Positions 1 to 9,509 of a stretch of 35,523 bases of DNA are shown piece after piece. The notes below the pieces were generated by a model. The model saw only the letters and a program-made list of their open reading frames with translations, did no database searches and had not been told where the DNA came from. How positions within the stretch are numbered: position 1 is the first letter of the stretch; the number at the start of each line of letters is the position of its first letter. Origin of the DNA: an uncultured Gammaproteobacteria bacterium (GTDB lineage: Bacteria; Patescibacteriota; Patescibacteriia; UBA2591; UBA6264); NCBI GenBank assembly GCA_964566895.1, contig CAZMJP010000005.1, positions 1-35,523 of the forward strand, read 5' to 3'. The position numbers and the translations under genes are program-made.

Positions 1-6
1 AATATA

Positions 7-54
7 CTCCACAATTTGACTTTCGGGAATTTTTCCGAAAGTCAAATTGTGGAG
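7..54. repeat. Perfect 20-bp inverted repeat overlapping the tRNA-Thr 3' end
   Basis: CTCCACAATTTGACTTTCGG (7-26) and CCGAAAGTCAAATTGTGGAG (35-54), 8-nt spacer. Confidence 0.9.
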
Positions 55-125
55 CCCGCGGTCGGAATTGAACCGACGACCTACTCCTTACCATGGAGTC
101 GCTCTACCAACTGAGCTACACGGGC
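50..125 (-). tRNA. tRNA-Thr(GGT), CCA encoded
   Basis: Minus strand GCCCGTG TA GCTC AGTTGGTA GAGC G ACTCC AT-GGT-AA GGAGT AGGTC GTCGG TTCAATT CCGAC CGCGGGC T CCA; full cloverleaf. Confidence 0.96.
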
Positions 126-145
126 ATTGATTTTAGACAAATCTT

Positions 146-466
146 TTACTTAGAAAATTTTCTTATTATTTTAACCAATTTTTTAGAAACTTCAAGAACT
201 CTATTTGTCCCAACTTTAATCTGTCCAGCCCCCTTTTTAAAACAATCCCAAAAACCCTTAGCTCCAAGTTTAAATTTATCCTCAAAGTCTCTTATTTGGC
301 GACTAACTTTCTTCTTTAATAACTCCTTTTTGGTTTTAGCGGCTATCTCTTCGGGTGTCCGCGATAAATCAATCTTGGTTAAAAAAAATAATTTTTTACC
401 AACGATAAAAAGAATTCCACTTAAGGAAAGAAAAAAAACCGCTAAAACAACAATGTTTACGATCAT
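146..466 (-). CDS. Hypothetical protein with N-terminal transmembrane helix and basic tail
   Basis: 106-aa ORF overlapping the fba stop (ATGA coupling); hydrophobic residues 2-22. Confidence 0.7.
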   Translation of the reverse strand: MIVNIVVLAVFFLSLSGILFIVGKKLFFLTKIDLSRTPEEIAAKTKKELLKKKVSRQIRDFEDKFKLGAKGFWDCFKKGAGQIKVGTNRVLEVSKKLVKIIRKFSK

Positions 467-1332
467 ATTTTATTTTGGCTACCAAACATCAAAATCTTAT
501 CTTTAACTACCCTTGCTACTTCATCAATGCATGGTGATAAAAGACATCGCGGGTCGTATTCTTGTTTCTTTTTAAGAGAATCAGTTAAGCCTTGTTTAAA
601 AGCAAATCTAATTTCAGTATCAATGTTTATTATTCTTACCCCCAAGTCAATGGCTTTTTTAATTTGATTTTTGGGGATGCCCGAAGCGCCGTGTAAAACC
701 AGGGGAATTTTAACTCTTTTTTGGATTTCTTTTAATCTGTTCAAAAAAAGACTGGGCACGCCGTGTTTCATTTTATAAGGACCATGGACATTGCCGACAG
801 ACACAGCTAAAGTGTCTATTTTTGTTTTTTTAACAAACTCCTGAGCTTGATCAGGGTCGGTTAAAAACTCCTCTGGACCCTTAATCAATCTCTTAATCTC
901 CCCTTCTTTCTTCACCACCCGACCCAATTCTCCTTGAGCCCAAACATTGTAACGATGAGCATATTCAGACGATTTTTTAGTTATGGCCACGTTCTTATCA
1001 AAAGATAAATCTGAGGCATCAATCATAATTGAAGAAAAACCCGATTTAACACATTCGACTACGGCAGAAAATGTTCTGCCGTGATCAAGATGAAGAGCGA
1101 TTGGAACGCCTTTTGCCTGATTTTCAGTTATAGTTTGAACAAGATGAGCAATGACTTCAACTCCGGTGTAACGAAGCGTTGTTTCGCTAACTTGGATAAC
1201 AATCGGCCCTTGAGCCCAAACAGCTCCTTTAACAACACCCAGCGTCATTTCTAGATTAAAAGTATTAAAAGCCCCTAAGGCATATTTGCCTTTCTCCGCT
1301 CTCCGAACAAGTTTTTTGATATGGGTCAACAT
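463..1332 (-). CDS. fba: Class II fructose-1,6-bisphosphate aldolase
   Basis: Motifs ALGAFN, ALHLDHG, SSIMIDAS, LAVSVGNVHG, LVLHGASG, INIDTE. Confidence 0.93.
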   Translation of the reverse strand: MLTHIKKLVRRAEKGKYALGAFNTFNLEMTLGVVKGAVWAQGPIVIQVSETTLRYTGVEVIAHLVQTITENQAKGVPIALHLDHGRTFSAVVECVKSGFSSIMIDASDLSFDKNVAITKKSSEYAHRYNVWAQGELGRVVKKEGEIKRLIKGPEEFLTDPDQAQEFVKKTKIDTLAVSVGNVHGPYKMKHGVPSLFLNRLKEIQKRVKIPLVLHGASGIPKNQIKKAIDLGVRIINIDTEIRFAFKQGLTDSLKKKQEYDPRCLLSPCIDEVARVVKDKILMFGSQNKI

Positions 1333-1482
1333 AAGCGCTGATGTTGAATAAAAATTAAAAATGAAAAATCACAATCTGAAATTAAAAACCATTCTCAAAA
1401 TAACCAATGGCCAAAAAATAATAGTTGGGTAATCAGGTAATCGAACACTTAAAATCCCAATCCCCAGTCCCCAATTAACCAA

Positions 1483-2268
1483 TTAGCTGACTGCTGTTTC
1501 GCACATTTTAACAAATTCCTGCGCCCTTAGGGAAACACTTCCGACCAAAACTCCGTTAATGGTCGGCTCGTCAATAAAGGACTTAATGTTTGTCGAATCA
1601 ACGCTGCCACCATAGAGGATTCGAATATTATTTCTAACAATCGGCAAGGGGAAAAGGTCAACCATTCTTTGTAGAAGAACTTTAGCTGTATATTCGGCGT
1701 CTTCCGGAGACACGGCCCGTCCTGAACCAATTACCCAAATTGGCTCATAGGCAACAATAATTTTCTGGTCGGAGTTTAAACTAATTCCTTCCAACGCCCG
1801 AGAAACTTGTTCAAGAATCACATAATCCTTGAGTCCTTTGTGTCTTTCTTCAAGCGTCTCTCCAACGCAAACTACCGGGACCAAACCAATTTGAAGAGCC
1901 GCTTTGACTTTCTTGTGAACCATTTCATCTGTCTCCCCCAGGTTAAGTCGCCGCTCTGAATGGCCAAGAACCACATACTGACAACCTATCTCTTTCAACC
2001 AGACCGGAGAAATCTCGCCGGTAAATTCGCCCTTTTCCTCCCAAAAGCAGCTTTGGGCGCCCAAAAACAAACCGTTAATGGACTTTATCTTTTTCGCCGC
2101 TTCAGCCAAACTGACGAAGGGTGGACAAAAAACAATGTCAATGGTCAACAAACCCTTTCTCTTTTTTGACTTCTTTAACAATTTTACAATATCGTTAATC
2201 AAAACCTCGCCGTTTTTAAAGCCGGGATTCATCTTCCAATTAGCAATAATAATAGGCTTCTTTGTCAT
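1483..2268 (-). CDS. tpiA: Triosephosphate isomerase
   Basis: ANWKMN, GEFTGEIS, LGHSERR, AYEPIW, LYGGSV. Confidence 0.96.
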   Translation of the reverse strand: MTKKPIIIANWKMNPGFKNGEVLINDIVKLLKKSKKRKGLLTIDIVFCPPFVSLAEAAKKIKSINGLFLGAQSCFWEEKGEFTGEISPVWLKEIGCQYVVLGHSERRLNLGETDEMVHKKVKAALQIGLVPVVCVGETLEERHKGLKDYVILEQVSRALEGISLNSDQKIIVAYEPIWVIGSGRAVSPEDAEYTAKVLLQRMVDLFPLPIVRNNIRILYGGSVDSTNIKSFIDEPTINGVLVGSVSLRAQEFVKMCETAVS

Positions 2269-2289
2269 AATTACTAAATCAAAAATTTT

Positions 2290-2748
2290 TTAAAGAATTG
2301 AAATAATACCCAAGGTACTTAAAGTAACAATAGCGCCGGCGATTACCACTCCGACGAAAATCAAACCCAGGCTTCGCCAATAAGGAATGCCAAAAAGGAA
2401 AGCGGCGACCGCTCCGGTCCAGGCGCCGGTCAAGGGCAGAGGGATAGCCACAAATAAAGTTAAAGCCAAGTCGCCATAGAGAGCGTGTTTTTTATAAAAC
2501 CGCTGACGGGTTCTGATAAAAAGCCAATTAAAAAACTTATTGAAATAAATGTTTTTAGCCATTAAAAGATTGACTAAGCGCCGCAAAAACCAAAGGAGAA
2601 AAAAAATCGGTAAGATATTCCCCAGACAAGCCAAAAAGAAAGCTTTTAAAGGACTAATTTGCCAAAGACTGATCGCGACCGGAATTGTTCCCCTCAATTC
2701 ATTTATCGGCGTTAAGGCCAGTAAAATTGTCTTTAATTCCGAAATCAT
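2290..2748 (-). CDS. Putative small multidrug export family membrane protein (COG2426-like)
   Basis: PINELRGTIP and LFVAIPLPLTGAWTG motifs, about 4 TM segments. Confidence 0.85.
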   Translation of the reverse strand: MISELKTILLALTPINELRGTIPVAISLWQISPLKAFFLACLGNILPIFFLLWFLRRLVNLLMAKNIYFNKFFNWLFIRTRQRFYKKHALYGDLALTLFVAIPLPLTGAWTGAVAAFLFGIPYWRSLGLIFVGVVIAGAIVTLSTLGIISIL

Positions 2749-2749
2749 T

Positions 2750-3682
2750 TTAATATTCTAATGTTCCTATCTTACCATGTTCCAATGAAGATGTCCACCA
2801 AATCAGGCCTTTAACTTCCTGAAATCTATCTTGGTCAGTTGCCGCTCCCAAAACCACCACGGCTGTCCGATAGCCCTGATAATCGCTTAAACCGGCGAAA
2901 CAATATCCACTTTCTCGCAAATACCCGGTCTTCGCTCCAATCAAATCAATAAAACCGCCCAGTAATTTATTGGTATTGTAAACCCGCTGATATATTTTCC
3001 CGCTCCCCGGTCTTAAGATTGAAACATCGTAGGTTTTAGTGTTTAGGGCCCGCTTGATATTATCGTTTTTCACCGCTTCAATAATTAATTTAGCCAAGTC
3101 GCTGGCCGTAGAACAATTCTTCGAATCCAATCCGGTTGGCTCGACAAAATGAGTGTCGGTCATACCCAAAACTTCGGCTTTCTTATTCATTAAATCAACA
3201 AATGCCTCGTTGGTATCGGACTCAATTAAACGGGCTAAAATCTTCGCCGCATTATTAGCTGACTTAACCAGACTGCCATAAAAAATATCTTCAATAGACA
3301 GACTGTCCTCCGGTTTTATCACCAGCCCAGCCGGTTCAAGGTCGGATTCAATGTTGGTTTCTATAACTAAATCCCCCTGTTCCACCTTAACCTTGTCGCT
3401 TAACGCTCTGGTATTGTTCTCCCAAAATACCAGAGCCGTCATCAATTTAGTAATGCTGGCAACTGGCAAAACAACGGTTGGATTCTTCTCAAATAAAACC
3501 TCCCCAGTCTCTACGTCAAGGGCCAAAGCGCTTTGGCTGGTCAATTTCGGTCCTAAAGAATAAGGAAAATTCCGGCCGTTTTGATAAGGGTCTAATCTGA
3601 CAATATTGTCCAAAAAAACCGCTTGAGAAAAAACTGGCGACAAACCTAAAACCAATAAGATAGATAGAATAAATGAAAGCAT
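2750..3682 (-). CDS. D-alanyl-D-alanine carboxypeptidase/endopeptidase (peptidase S11)
   Basis: Signal peptide; SxxK (ASITK), SxN (SAN), KTG motifs; HFVEPTGL. Confidence 0.9.
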   Translation of the reverse strand: MLSFILSILLVLGLSPVFSQAVFLDNIVRLDPYQNGRNFPYSLGPKLTSQSALALDVETGEVLFEKNPTVVLPVASITKLMTALVFWENNTRALSDKVKVEQGDLVIETNIESDLEPAGLVIKPEDSLSIEDIFYGSLVKSANNAAKILARLIESDTNEAFVDLMNKKAEVLGMTDTHFVEPTGLDSKNCSTASDLAKLIIEAVKNDNIKRALNTKTYDVSILRPGSGKIYQRVYNTNKLLGGFIDLIGAKTGYLRESGYCFAGLSDYQGYRTAVVVLGAATDQDRFQEVKGLIWWTSSLEHGKIGTLEY

Positions 3683-3730
3683 AAACTCATTTTAAGATAA
3701 AATTTTGGTTGACCAAATCCTTTTTTTATC

Positions 3731-4741
3731 TCACATTTTAATGCCCCTGCCTATCCGGTATAAATAATACCAAAATCTGCAAATCGGCAAATCAAAAGTG
3801 CCCGGATAAGCGACTCTCTGACCGCCGAAACTACTTTTAAAACGGGTTAAGCTCGGCCAATTTTTCTCGCTGATTCCCCAAAAATCATAAAATTGGAAAC
3901 CTCGCTCTTTGGCTTGTTTAATAATCTCCCAATGAAGCAAATGGGGGGCCATCGCTTGTTTATATTGCCGCGAGGAAGCGCCATGGACATAAGTAGCAAC
4001 GCCGCCAAAATAAATAACGATATAAGCAGCAACGGTCTGCCCTCTATATTTAGCCAAATAAAGCCGAGAAAAATCGTGATTAAATTTTAGCATCCGATAA
4101 TAATAATCAGCCGAATGCGGTTTAAACCCCTCTCGCTTGGCTGTCTGACAAAGCAAATTCAAGAATTCTTTTATAGATTGATCGCTTTTATCTTCCTTTA
4201 CTACAACTCCGTACTTCTCGGCTAAATGAATATTATATCTGGTTTTAGCGTGCATCTGGGACAAAATCTCCTGTTCCGGCTTGGTTAAATCTAAAAGCAG
4301 AGTCTCGGACGGCTGAACATCTTTAATCTTTTTTAACCTTCCCGCTGTAAGTTTTAAATCTGTCTCTGGCTCAAAACGGAAAAAAATAGCTCCTTCTTTC
4401 TTAGCCAATTTCTTTAATTCATCAATAAAAAATAAATTCAATAATCTTCCGTTTCGGGGTTTTTCCAAATCTGCCCCTGATTGAAAAGGGCGGAAAAGCG
4501 GCCCCCGCGGACAATAAAAATAACTTTTTCTAAAGGGCAAAGGATATTTGATTATCAAAGATTGACCAATAACTCTCTCTTCATTTTTAACCGCCAACCG
4601 CCAAATCCTTCTCCCCAAAACCCTTTGAAAATCGCCCCATTGCCAGGATTGCAAGAATCGTCCCGCTTGCGTTGACGAGCCGCCATTGAAAGTAATAAAA
4701 TTATCCCATTCCTTCTGGTTCGAAATTTCATTTATCTGCAT
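3731..4741 (-). CDS. FemABX-family aminoacyl-tRNA:peptidoglycan peptidyltransferase
   Basis: FLQSWQWG, YCPRGP, KTRYNI, YDFWGI, LTRFKSSFGG. Confidence 0.9.
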   Translation of the reverse strand: MQINEISNQKEWDNFITFNGGSSTQAGRFLQSWQWGDFQRVLGRRIWRLAVKNEERVIGQSLIIKYPLPFRKSYFYCPRGPLFRPFQSGADLEKPRNGRLLNLFFIDELKKLAKKEGAIFFRFEPETDLKLTAGRLKKIKDVQPSETLLLDLTKPEQEILSQMHAKTRYNIHLAEKYGVVVKEDKSDQSIKEFLNLLCQTAKREGFKPHSADYYYRMLKFNHDFSRLYLAKYRGQTVAAYIVIYFGGVATYVHGASSRQYKQAMAPHLLHWEIIKQAKERGFQFYDFWGISEKNWPSLTRFKSSFGGQRVAYPGTFDLPICRFWYYLYRIGRGIKM

Positions 4742-5274
4742 GTTGTTATTCTAAACCGGTAAGGTTTGTCAGCCCATTGACCGGCGTATTCAACGCCGAT
4801 TCTTTTTTCGGAGGCGATTCGACTCGGTTTAATTTTAACTCCCCTGTCTTCAATCCAAAGGCCTGTTTTTTTGCTGGCTGACCGACCATTAAATTTTGAA
4901 TCGATTTTTAAGCGCTTTGTCAGCCGGGCCGGACCAATGGCTTGTTCCGTCCCTCTGATCAAAACCGCCGCCGGATATTCTTTCGGACCAGTAACGATGT
5001 TCAGCAGCCAATGCATTCCATAGATGAAATAAACATACCAATATCCGGCTGGGCCAAACATAATTTTATTCCGTTCGGTTTTGCCACGACTGGCGTGGGA
5101 AGCCCTGTCTTCAAGCCCATCATAAGCTTCTACCTCAGTAATCATCAAAACTGTTTCTTTTCCTCTATATCTTCTGACTAAAAACTTGCCTAAAAGAGAT
5201 TTAGCCGCTTTTAACGTCGGCTGATTAAAAAATCCCAAAGACAAGACTCTCTTTTGAAAACTCCCCTTCGCCAT
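4732..5274 (-). CDS. DNA-3-methyladenine glycosylase (MPG/AAG family)
   Basis: LLGKFLVR, ITEVEAY, RASHA, YVYFIYGMH, AVLIR, GPARLT, RIGV; ATG at 5274 preferred over the track start 5298. Confidence 0.92.
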   Translation of the reverse strand: MAKGSFQKRVLSLGFFNQPTLKAAKSLLGKFLVRRYRGKETVLMITEVEAYDGLEDRASHASRGKTERNKIMFGPAGYWYVYFIYGMHWLLNIVTGPKEYPAAVLIRGTEQAIGPARLTKRLKIDSKFNGRSASKKTGLWIEDRGVKIKPSRIASEKRIGVEYAGQWADKPYRFRITTCR

Positions 5275-5320
5275 ATAAATGGAACATTTCCCAAACAAAG
5301 AAACGCCGTCTGCTAAAAAG

Positions 5321-6601
5321 TTAAATAAAATTTTTAGCTCTTTTCGCCGCTTGCTTAAGAATCTGCTCTTCCCCTTCCACTTTTCCGTCTCTCATTAAGA
5401 TTCTGCCCTGGCAAATGACATCGGTAACACAATTCCCATTACAAGAATAAACTATATTTGAGATTAAATTATGACCAGGGGCAAAACAAACCTGATTTAA
5501 GTTTAGTAAAATTAAATCAGCTAGATAACCCTGCTTAATTTGACCAACTCTTATTTTCAAAGCTTGTCCCGCATTCTCTGTCGTTGCCTTGAAAATTTCT
5601 AAACCTGGAGCTACTGCCGGGTCCATTTCTTTTACTTTCTGTAAAAGAGAGGCGAATTTCATCTCTTCAAACAAATCCAAATTGTTATTGGAAGCCGCGC
5701 CATCTGTTCCTAAACAAACGTTGATCTTTGCTCTCTTTACTCTCAAATAAGGAAAAATCCCCGAAACCAATTTCATTTCAGAACAGGGAGTATAAACCAA
5801 ACTGCATTTTCTCTGACTCAAAATCCCAGTCTCCCTCTCAGAAAGCCAAAGAGCATGAGCTAAAAGGCAATTTCTATTTAGAAATCCAATTTTGTCAAGA
5901 TATTCAACTGGCCGAAGTTTATACTTTTTTAAACAATCGCTAACCTCCTTTTGCGTTTCCGATAAATGAATGTGCAAAAGCAGATTGTTCGCCTGGGCAA
6001 AATTTTTCGCCCAAACTAAATTTTCCCGACTAACACTATAAATGGCATGAGGCGCTATGGCGAAGGTTACCGTTTTGAAAATTTTCCTTTTAACATCTTG
6101 CCAGAGCTTCTCCACGTATTCCCGACGGCCCAAGGGAAAAGAATCCAAAATGACTAAACCGACAACAGCGCGCAGCCCCATCTCCTTAATCGCTTCAATC
6201 GCCGCCGGTTGAAACCAGTACATATCGTTAAAACAAGTCGTCCCGGTTCTAATCATTTCCAAACAAGCCAATTTAGTCCCCCAATAAATGTCGTCGGGGG
6301 AAAACTTTCGTTCAATGGGCCAAATCTTCTTTTCAAGCCAATCCTTTAAGGGCAAATCATCGCTGTACCCCCGCAAAAGAGACATTGCCGCGTGAACATG
6401 GGCGTTAACCAATCCGGGTAAAACAGCTTTTTGCCCGCGGCCATCAATTCTTTGGTCAGCTTTTCTGTTTATTCCAGGACTGATTTTTTCTATTTTCCCG
6501 TCTCGGATGAAGATATCGGTTTTCCTACTCTTTAAAATTACATTTTTTATTAGAAAAGTCGTCTCTCCCCCGGCAGTTATACTCCTTTTAGGATAAAACA
6601 T
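5321..6601 (-). CDS. mtaD: MTA/SAH deaminase-like amidohydrolase
   Basis: PGLVNAHVH, APHAIY, HIHLSET, LAHA, LGTDGAASNNNLDLFEE; next to a nucleoside phosphorylase gene. Confidence 0.78.
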   Translation of the reverse strand: MFYPKRSITAGGETTFLIKNVILKSRKTDIFIRDGKIEKISPGINRKADQRIDGRGQKAVLPGLVNAHVHAAMSLLRGYSDDLPLKDWLEKKIWPIERKFSPDDIYWGTKLACLEMIRTGTTCFNDMYWFQPAAIEAIKEMGLRAVVGLVILDSFPLGRREYVEKLWQDVKRKIFKTVTFAIAPHAIYSVSRENLVWAKNFAQANNLLLHIHLSETQKEVSDCLKKYKLRPVEYLDKIGFLNRNCLLAHALWLSERETGILSQRKCSLVYTPCSEMKLVSGIFPYLRVKRAKINVCLGTDGAASNNNLDLFEEMKFASLLQKVKEMDPAVAPGLEIFKATTENAGQALKIRVGQIKQGYLADLILLNLNQVCFAPGHNLISNIVYSCNGNCVTDVICQGRILMRDGKVEGEEQILKQAAKRAKNFI

Positions 6602-6608
6602 AAACTTT

Positions 6609-6617
6609 ATTCTACCA
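6609..6617 (-). promoter_or_regulatory. Extended -10 promoter, probable leaderless transcript
   Basis: TG-G-TAGAAT 7 nt upstream of the ATG at 6601. Confidence 0.5.
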
Positions 6618-6627
6618 TTAAACCTTT

Positions 6628-7374
6628 TTATTCAATCTCCCGCCCAGGAACGAGACATTTTTGTCGCGGCTGGACGAGAAATAAAATTTTTTGAACTATT
6701 TTCTCAATTTTCTTCCCTATTTTTAATTCATTTTTTTCAACCATCTTCTGGGTTAAAGCCGTTTTAACAACTCCGTGGGCATAATTATCTATAGAACACA
6801 AAGCCGCATATTCTAAATCAAGTTCCCTGGCCAAAGTTGATTCATTAGCCATAGTCATCCCAACCACATCGGCAAAATTTTTAATTAAATTAATTTCCGC
6901 TCTTGTTTCATATCTCGGTCCCCGAGTTTGAAAATAAATTCCCCGACTCTTAAAATTGAATTTTAGTTCTCTTAAAATCTTAATTAAGATCTTTCTTAAC
7001 CGAGGAGAAACTTCGGGGGTAATATGCTTGCATTCTTCGCTATAAAAAGTGAGGGGACTAAAACTAATATAATCATCAGGGATTAAAAATTCCCCCGGTT
7101 TAATATTCCTTTTACAAGAACCGACTGAGTTAAAAGCGCAAATGTATTTTACCCCCAATTTTTTAAAAGCAAAGATATTGGCTTGATAATTTACTTGATG
7201 CGGCGGAACATTTCTCTCCGGCCCATGCCTTAAAATTAAGGGAGTGCCGTCAATGAAATAATAAAAAACTTTCCCATAGGGAGTGAGAAGATCTCTCGGC
7301 TTAATTTTTTTTAAAAAAGTGAGGTGAGACAAACCCCCGCCGCCAATAAATCCTATTTTAATCTTATTGTCCAT
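6628..7374 (-). CDS. MTAP-family purine nucleoside phosphorylase (probably methylthioinosine phosphorylase)
   Basis: TPYG, RHG, PPHQVNYQANI, GPRYETRAE, DVVGMT, IDNYAHG. Confidence 0.85.
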   Translation of the reverse strand: MDNKIKIGFIGGGGLSHLTFLKKIKPRDLLTPYGKVFYYFIDGTPLILRHGPERNVPPHQVNYQANIFAFKKLGVKYICAFNSVGSCKRNIKPGEFLIPDDYISFSPLTFYSEECKHITPEVSPRLRKILIKILRELKFNFKSRGIYFQTRGPRYETRAEINLIKNFADVVGMTMANESTLARELDLEYAALCSIDNYAHGVVKTALTQKMVEKNELKIGKKIEKIVQKILFLVQPRQKCLVPGREIE

Positions 7375-7409
7375 AATTTTTTACTAATAAACAAAAAATG
7401 CCTTAATAG

Positions 7410-8015
7410 CTAAATTATCTTTCGGTTTTTCAAGGCGTCACTCAAGGTTATTTCATCGGCATATTCTATTTCTCCGCCTAAAGGTATACCTCTGGCAATT
7501 TTAGTCAGTTTAATCCGCTGACTTATTTTTGGATCTTTCTTAATCAGACTCGCAACGTATAAAGCGGTGCTTTCCCCTTCAATGGTTGAATTAAGAGCAA
7601 AAACAAGTTCTCTAACCGACGGACTCTTTAACCTTTGAATCAGTTCTTTAATTCTTAATTGCTCAGGACCTAAATTTTGAACAGGATTGATTAAACCACC
7701 TAAAATATGGTAAAGCCCTCTGTACTCGCCAATTTTTTCAATAGCCATTAAATCCTGGGGCTCGGCCACTAAAGCGATGACTGCTTGGTTTCGATTTTTA
7801 TCGCGGCAAATTGAACAAATATTCCGGTCTGAAAAATTGCCGCAAATGGAACAAAAAAAAATATTTTTTAACTCTCTAATCAAGGTGATAAATCTTTCCA
7901 AGTCTCCTTGACTCCCCTGGAGTAAATAAAAAACAAACCGCTGAGCGGTCTTCGGACCAATACCGGGGAATTTACTAAACTCATCTATTAAGTTTTGAAT
8001 TGGCCGAAGATACAT
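7410..8015 (-). CDS. recR: Recombination mediator RecR
   Basis: PGIGPKTAQR HhH, C4 Zn finger, YHILGG, TIEGESTA, IARGIPLGGEIEYAD. Confidence 0.97.
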   Translation of the reverse strand: MYLRPIQNLIDEFSKFPGIGPKTAQRFVFYLLQGSQGDLERFITLIRELKNIFFCSICGNFSDRNICSICRDKNRNQAVIALVAEPQDLMAIEKIGEYRGLYHILGGLINPVQNLGPEQLRIKELIQRLKSPSVRELVFALNSTIEGESTALYVASLIKKDPKISQRIKLTKIARGIPLGGEIEYADEITLSDALKNRKII

Positions 8016-8024
8016 AAGTATAAA

Positions 8025-9434
8025 TTAAAACGGCTCTTCAATGCCTTCCCCCGACGGCATGTCTAGGCCTGTCTTTGACCAATTTTTAAAACTGGATTTC
8101 TCATTATCAAAATATAAACGGACAGTCACTCCAGCCGGACCATGGCGATGTTTATCAATATGAATCTCGGCTAAATTCTTTTCCTCATCGGGGCAAATTT
8201 TAATCCCCCGATCCATTGCTTTACGATAAATAAACATCACCACGTCCGCGTCCTGTTCAATCGAGCCTGACTCGCGTAGGTCGGACAATTTGGGAATGGC
8301 CGGCGTTCTCAATTCAGGAGCCCGAGAAAGTTGGGAAAGGGCTAAAACTGGAATATTCAATTCGCGGGCTACCGCCTTTAACGACCGAGAAATTTCAGAA
8401 ACTTCTTGGACCCTCCCTTCCGACGACCCGGTTCCGGAATCCATTAACTGCAAATAATCCACAATTAAAAGACCCAAACCATGTTCAATTTGCAAACGTC
8501 GGGCTTTAGTTTTAATTTCCATAATATTAGCCGTCGGAGAATCATCAATAAAAACTGGCGCTTCGGCCAAAACGCCAAGAGCTCGCCCCAATCTTTCAAA
8601 ATCTCCGTCATCGTCTTTGTGGGAAAGTTGACCGGTCCGCAATTTCCAAAGACTGACCTCGGCTTGGGCGCAAATCATCCTATCAACCACATGTTCCTTT
8701 GACATTTCTAAACTAAAAATACCAACTGGAATCTTGTGATAAACGGCCAGCTGTCGGGCGATATCAAGAGCTAAACTCGATTTCCCGAGGCCGGGTCTAG
8801 AAGCTAAAATAATTAATTCAGAAGGCTGAAGCCCAGCTAAAACGCCGTCTAAATCAACAAAACCCGTCGGCATGCCACGGATTCGCTTTGTCCCTTTATG
8901 CATCTCATCCATTCTTTCAAATGCCTGAACTAAAGTATCTTTTAAGGGAATAAAATTCTGTTTTAAAAATTTCTGCGAGATAGCAAATAATTTCTGTTCT
9001 GCTTTATCCAAAACATCGGTCGTCTCTTCTTCCTCTTTATAAGCCATTTGAATGGTTTCTGTGGAAACTTTTATCAACCTGCGCAAAGTTGATTTTTTCT
9101 GAACAATTTGGGCATAAGATAACACATGGCTAGACGTCGGCACGCTATTCGACAAAGAAGCTAAATACGTCCGCCCGCCAACTGTTTCCAACTGTTCTTT
9201 CTCTTCCAAGCGATTAGCTATACTTAAAATATCAATTGGCTCATGACGTTCCCAAATCTCGAACATAGCGGAATAAATCATTTGATGAATGTCTTTGTAA
9301 AAATCATCTTCGGTGATTAAATCAGCCACTTTAATAATGGCATCTTTATCAATCAATAAAGAACCCAAAAGAGCCTGTTCAGCTTCAATGTTTTGCGGAG
9401 GAAGTTTTTCTAAGACCTGTTCAAAGTCGGGCAT
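8025..9434 (-). CDS. dnaB: Replicative DNA helicase DnaB
   Basis: PPQNIEAEQALLG, Walker A RPGLGKS, FSLEM, VDYLQL, LSQLSR, LRESGSIEQDAD. Confidence 0.98.
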   Translation of the reverse strand: MPDFEQVLEKLPPQNIEAEQALLGSLLIDKDAIIKVADLITEDDFYKDIHQMIYSAMFEIWERHEPIDILSIANRLEEKEQLETVGGRTYLASLSNSVPTSSHVLSYAQIVQKKSTLRRLIKVSTETIQMAYKEEEETTDVLDKAEQKLFAISQKFLKQNFIPLKDTLVQAFERMDEMHKGTKRIRGMPTGFVDLDGVLAGLQPSELIILASRPGLGKSSLALDIARQLAVYHKIPVGIFSLEMSKEHVVDRMICAQAEVSLWKLRTGQLSHKDDDGDFERLGRALGVLAEAPVFIDDSPTANIMEIKTKARRLQIEHGLGLLIVDYLQLMDSGTGSSEGRVQEVSEISRSLKAVARELNIPVLALSQLSRAPELRTPAIPKLSDLRESGSIEQDADVVMFIYRKAMDRGIKICPDEEKNLAEIHIDKHRHGPAGVTVRLYFDNEKSSFKNWSKTGLDMPSGEGIEEPF

Positions 9435-9480
9435 AAAACGCTATATTAACAAAAAATAAAATACAAAAAACAAAAAATTA

Positions 9481-9509
9481 TTTACAGATTACTTTCTATA
9501 GTATATAAT
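9481..9509 (+). promoter_or_regulatory. Sigma70-type promoter for tRNA-Lys
   Basis: TTTACA-17nt-TATAAT with A-rich upstream tract. Confidence 0.6.

Noticed and set aside
93-506. 137-aa plus-strand ORF
   Set aside because: Antisense to tRNA-Thr, the 106-aa gene and the fba end; no recognisable motif.
1483-2268. TpiA or ClpP as pseudo-enzymes because of motif variants (WVIGSG, VGSVSL; INTLGG)
   Set aside because: Catalytic residues are retained and the frames are intact.
8025-9434. Intein in DnaB
   Set aside because: 469 aa is a normal length and the motifs are contiguous.
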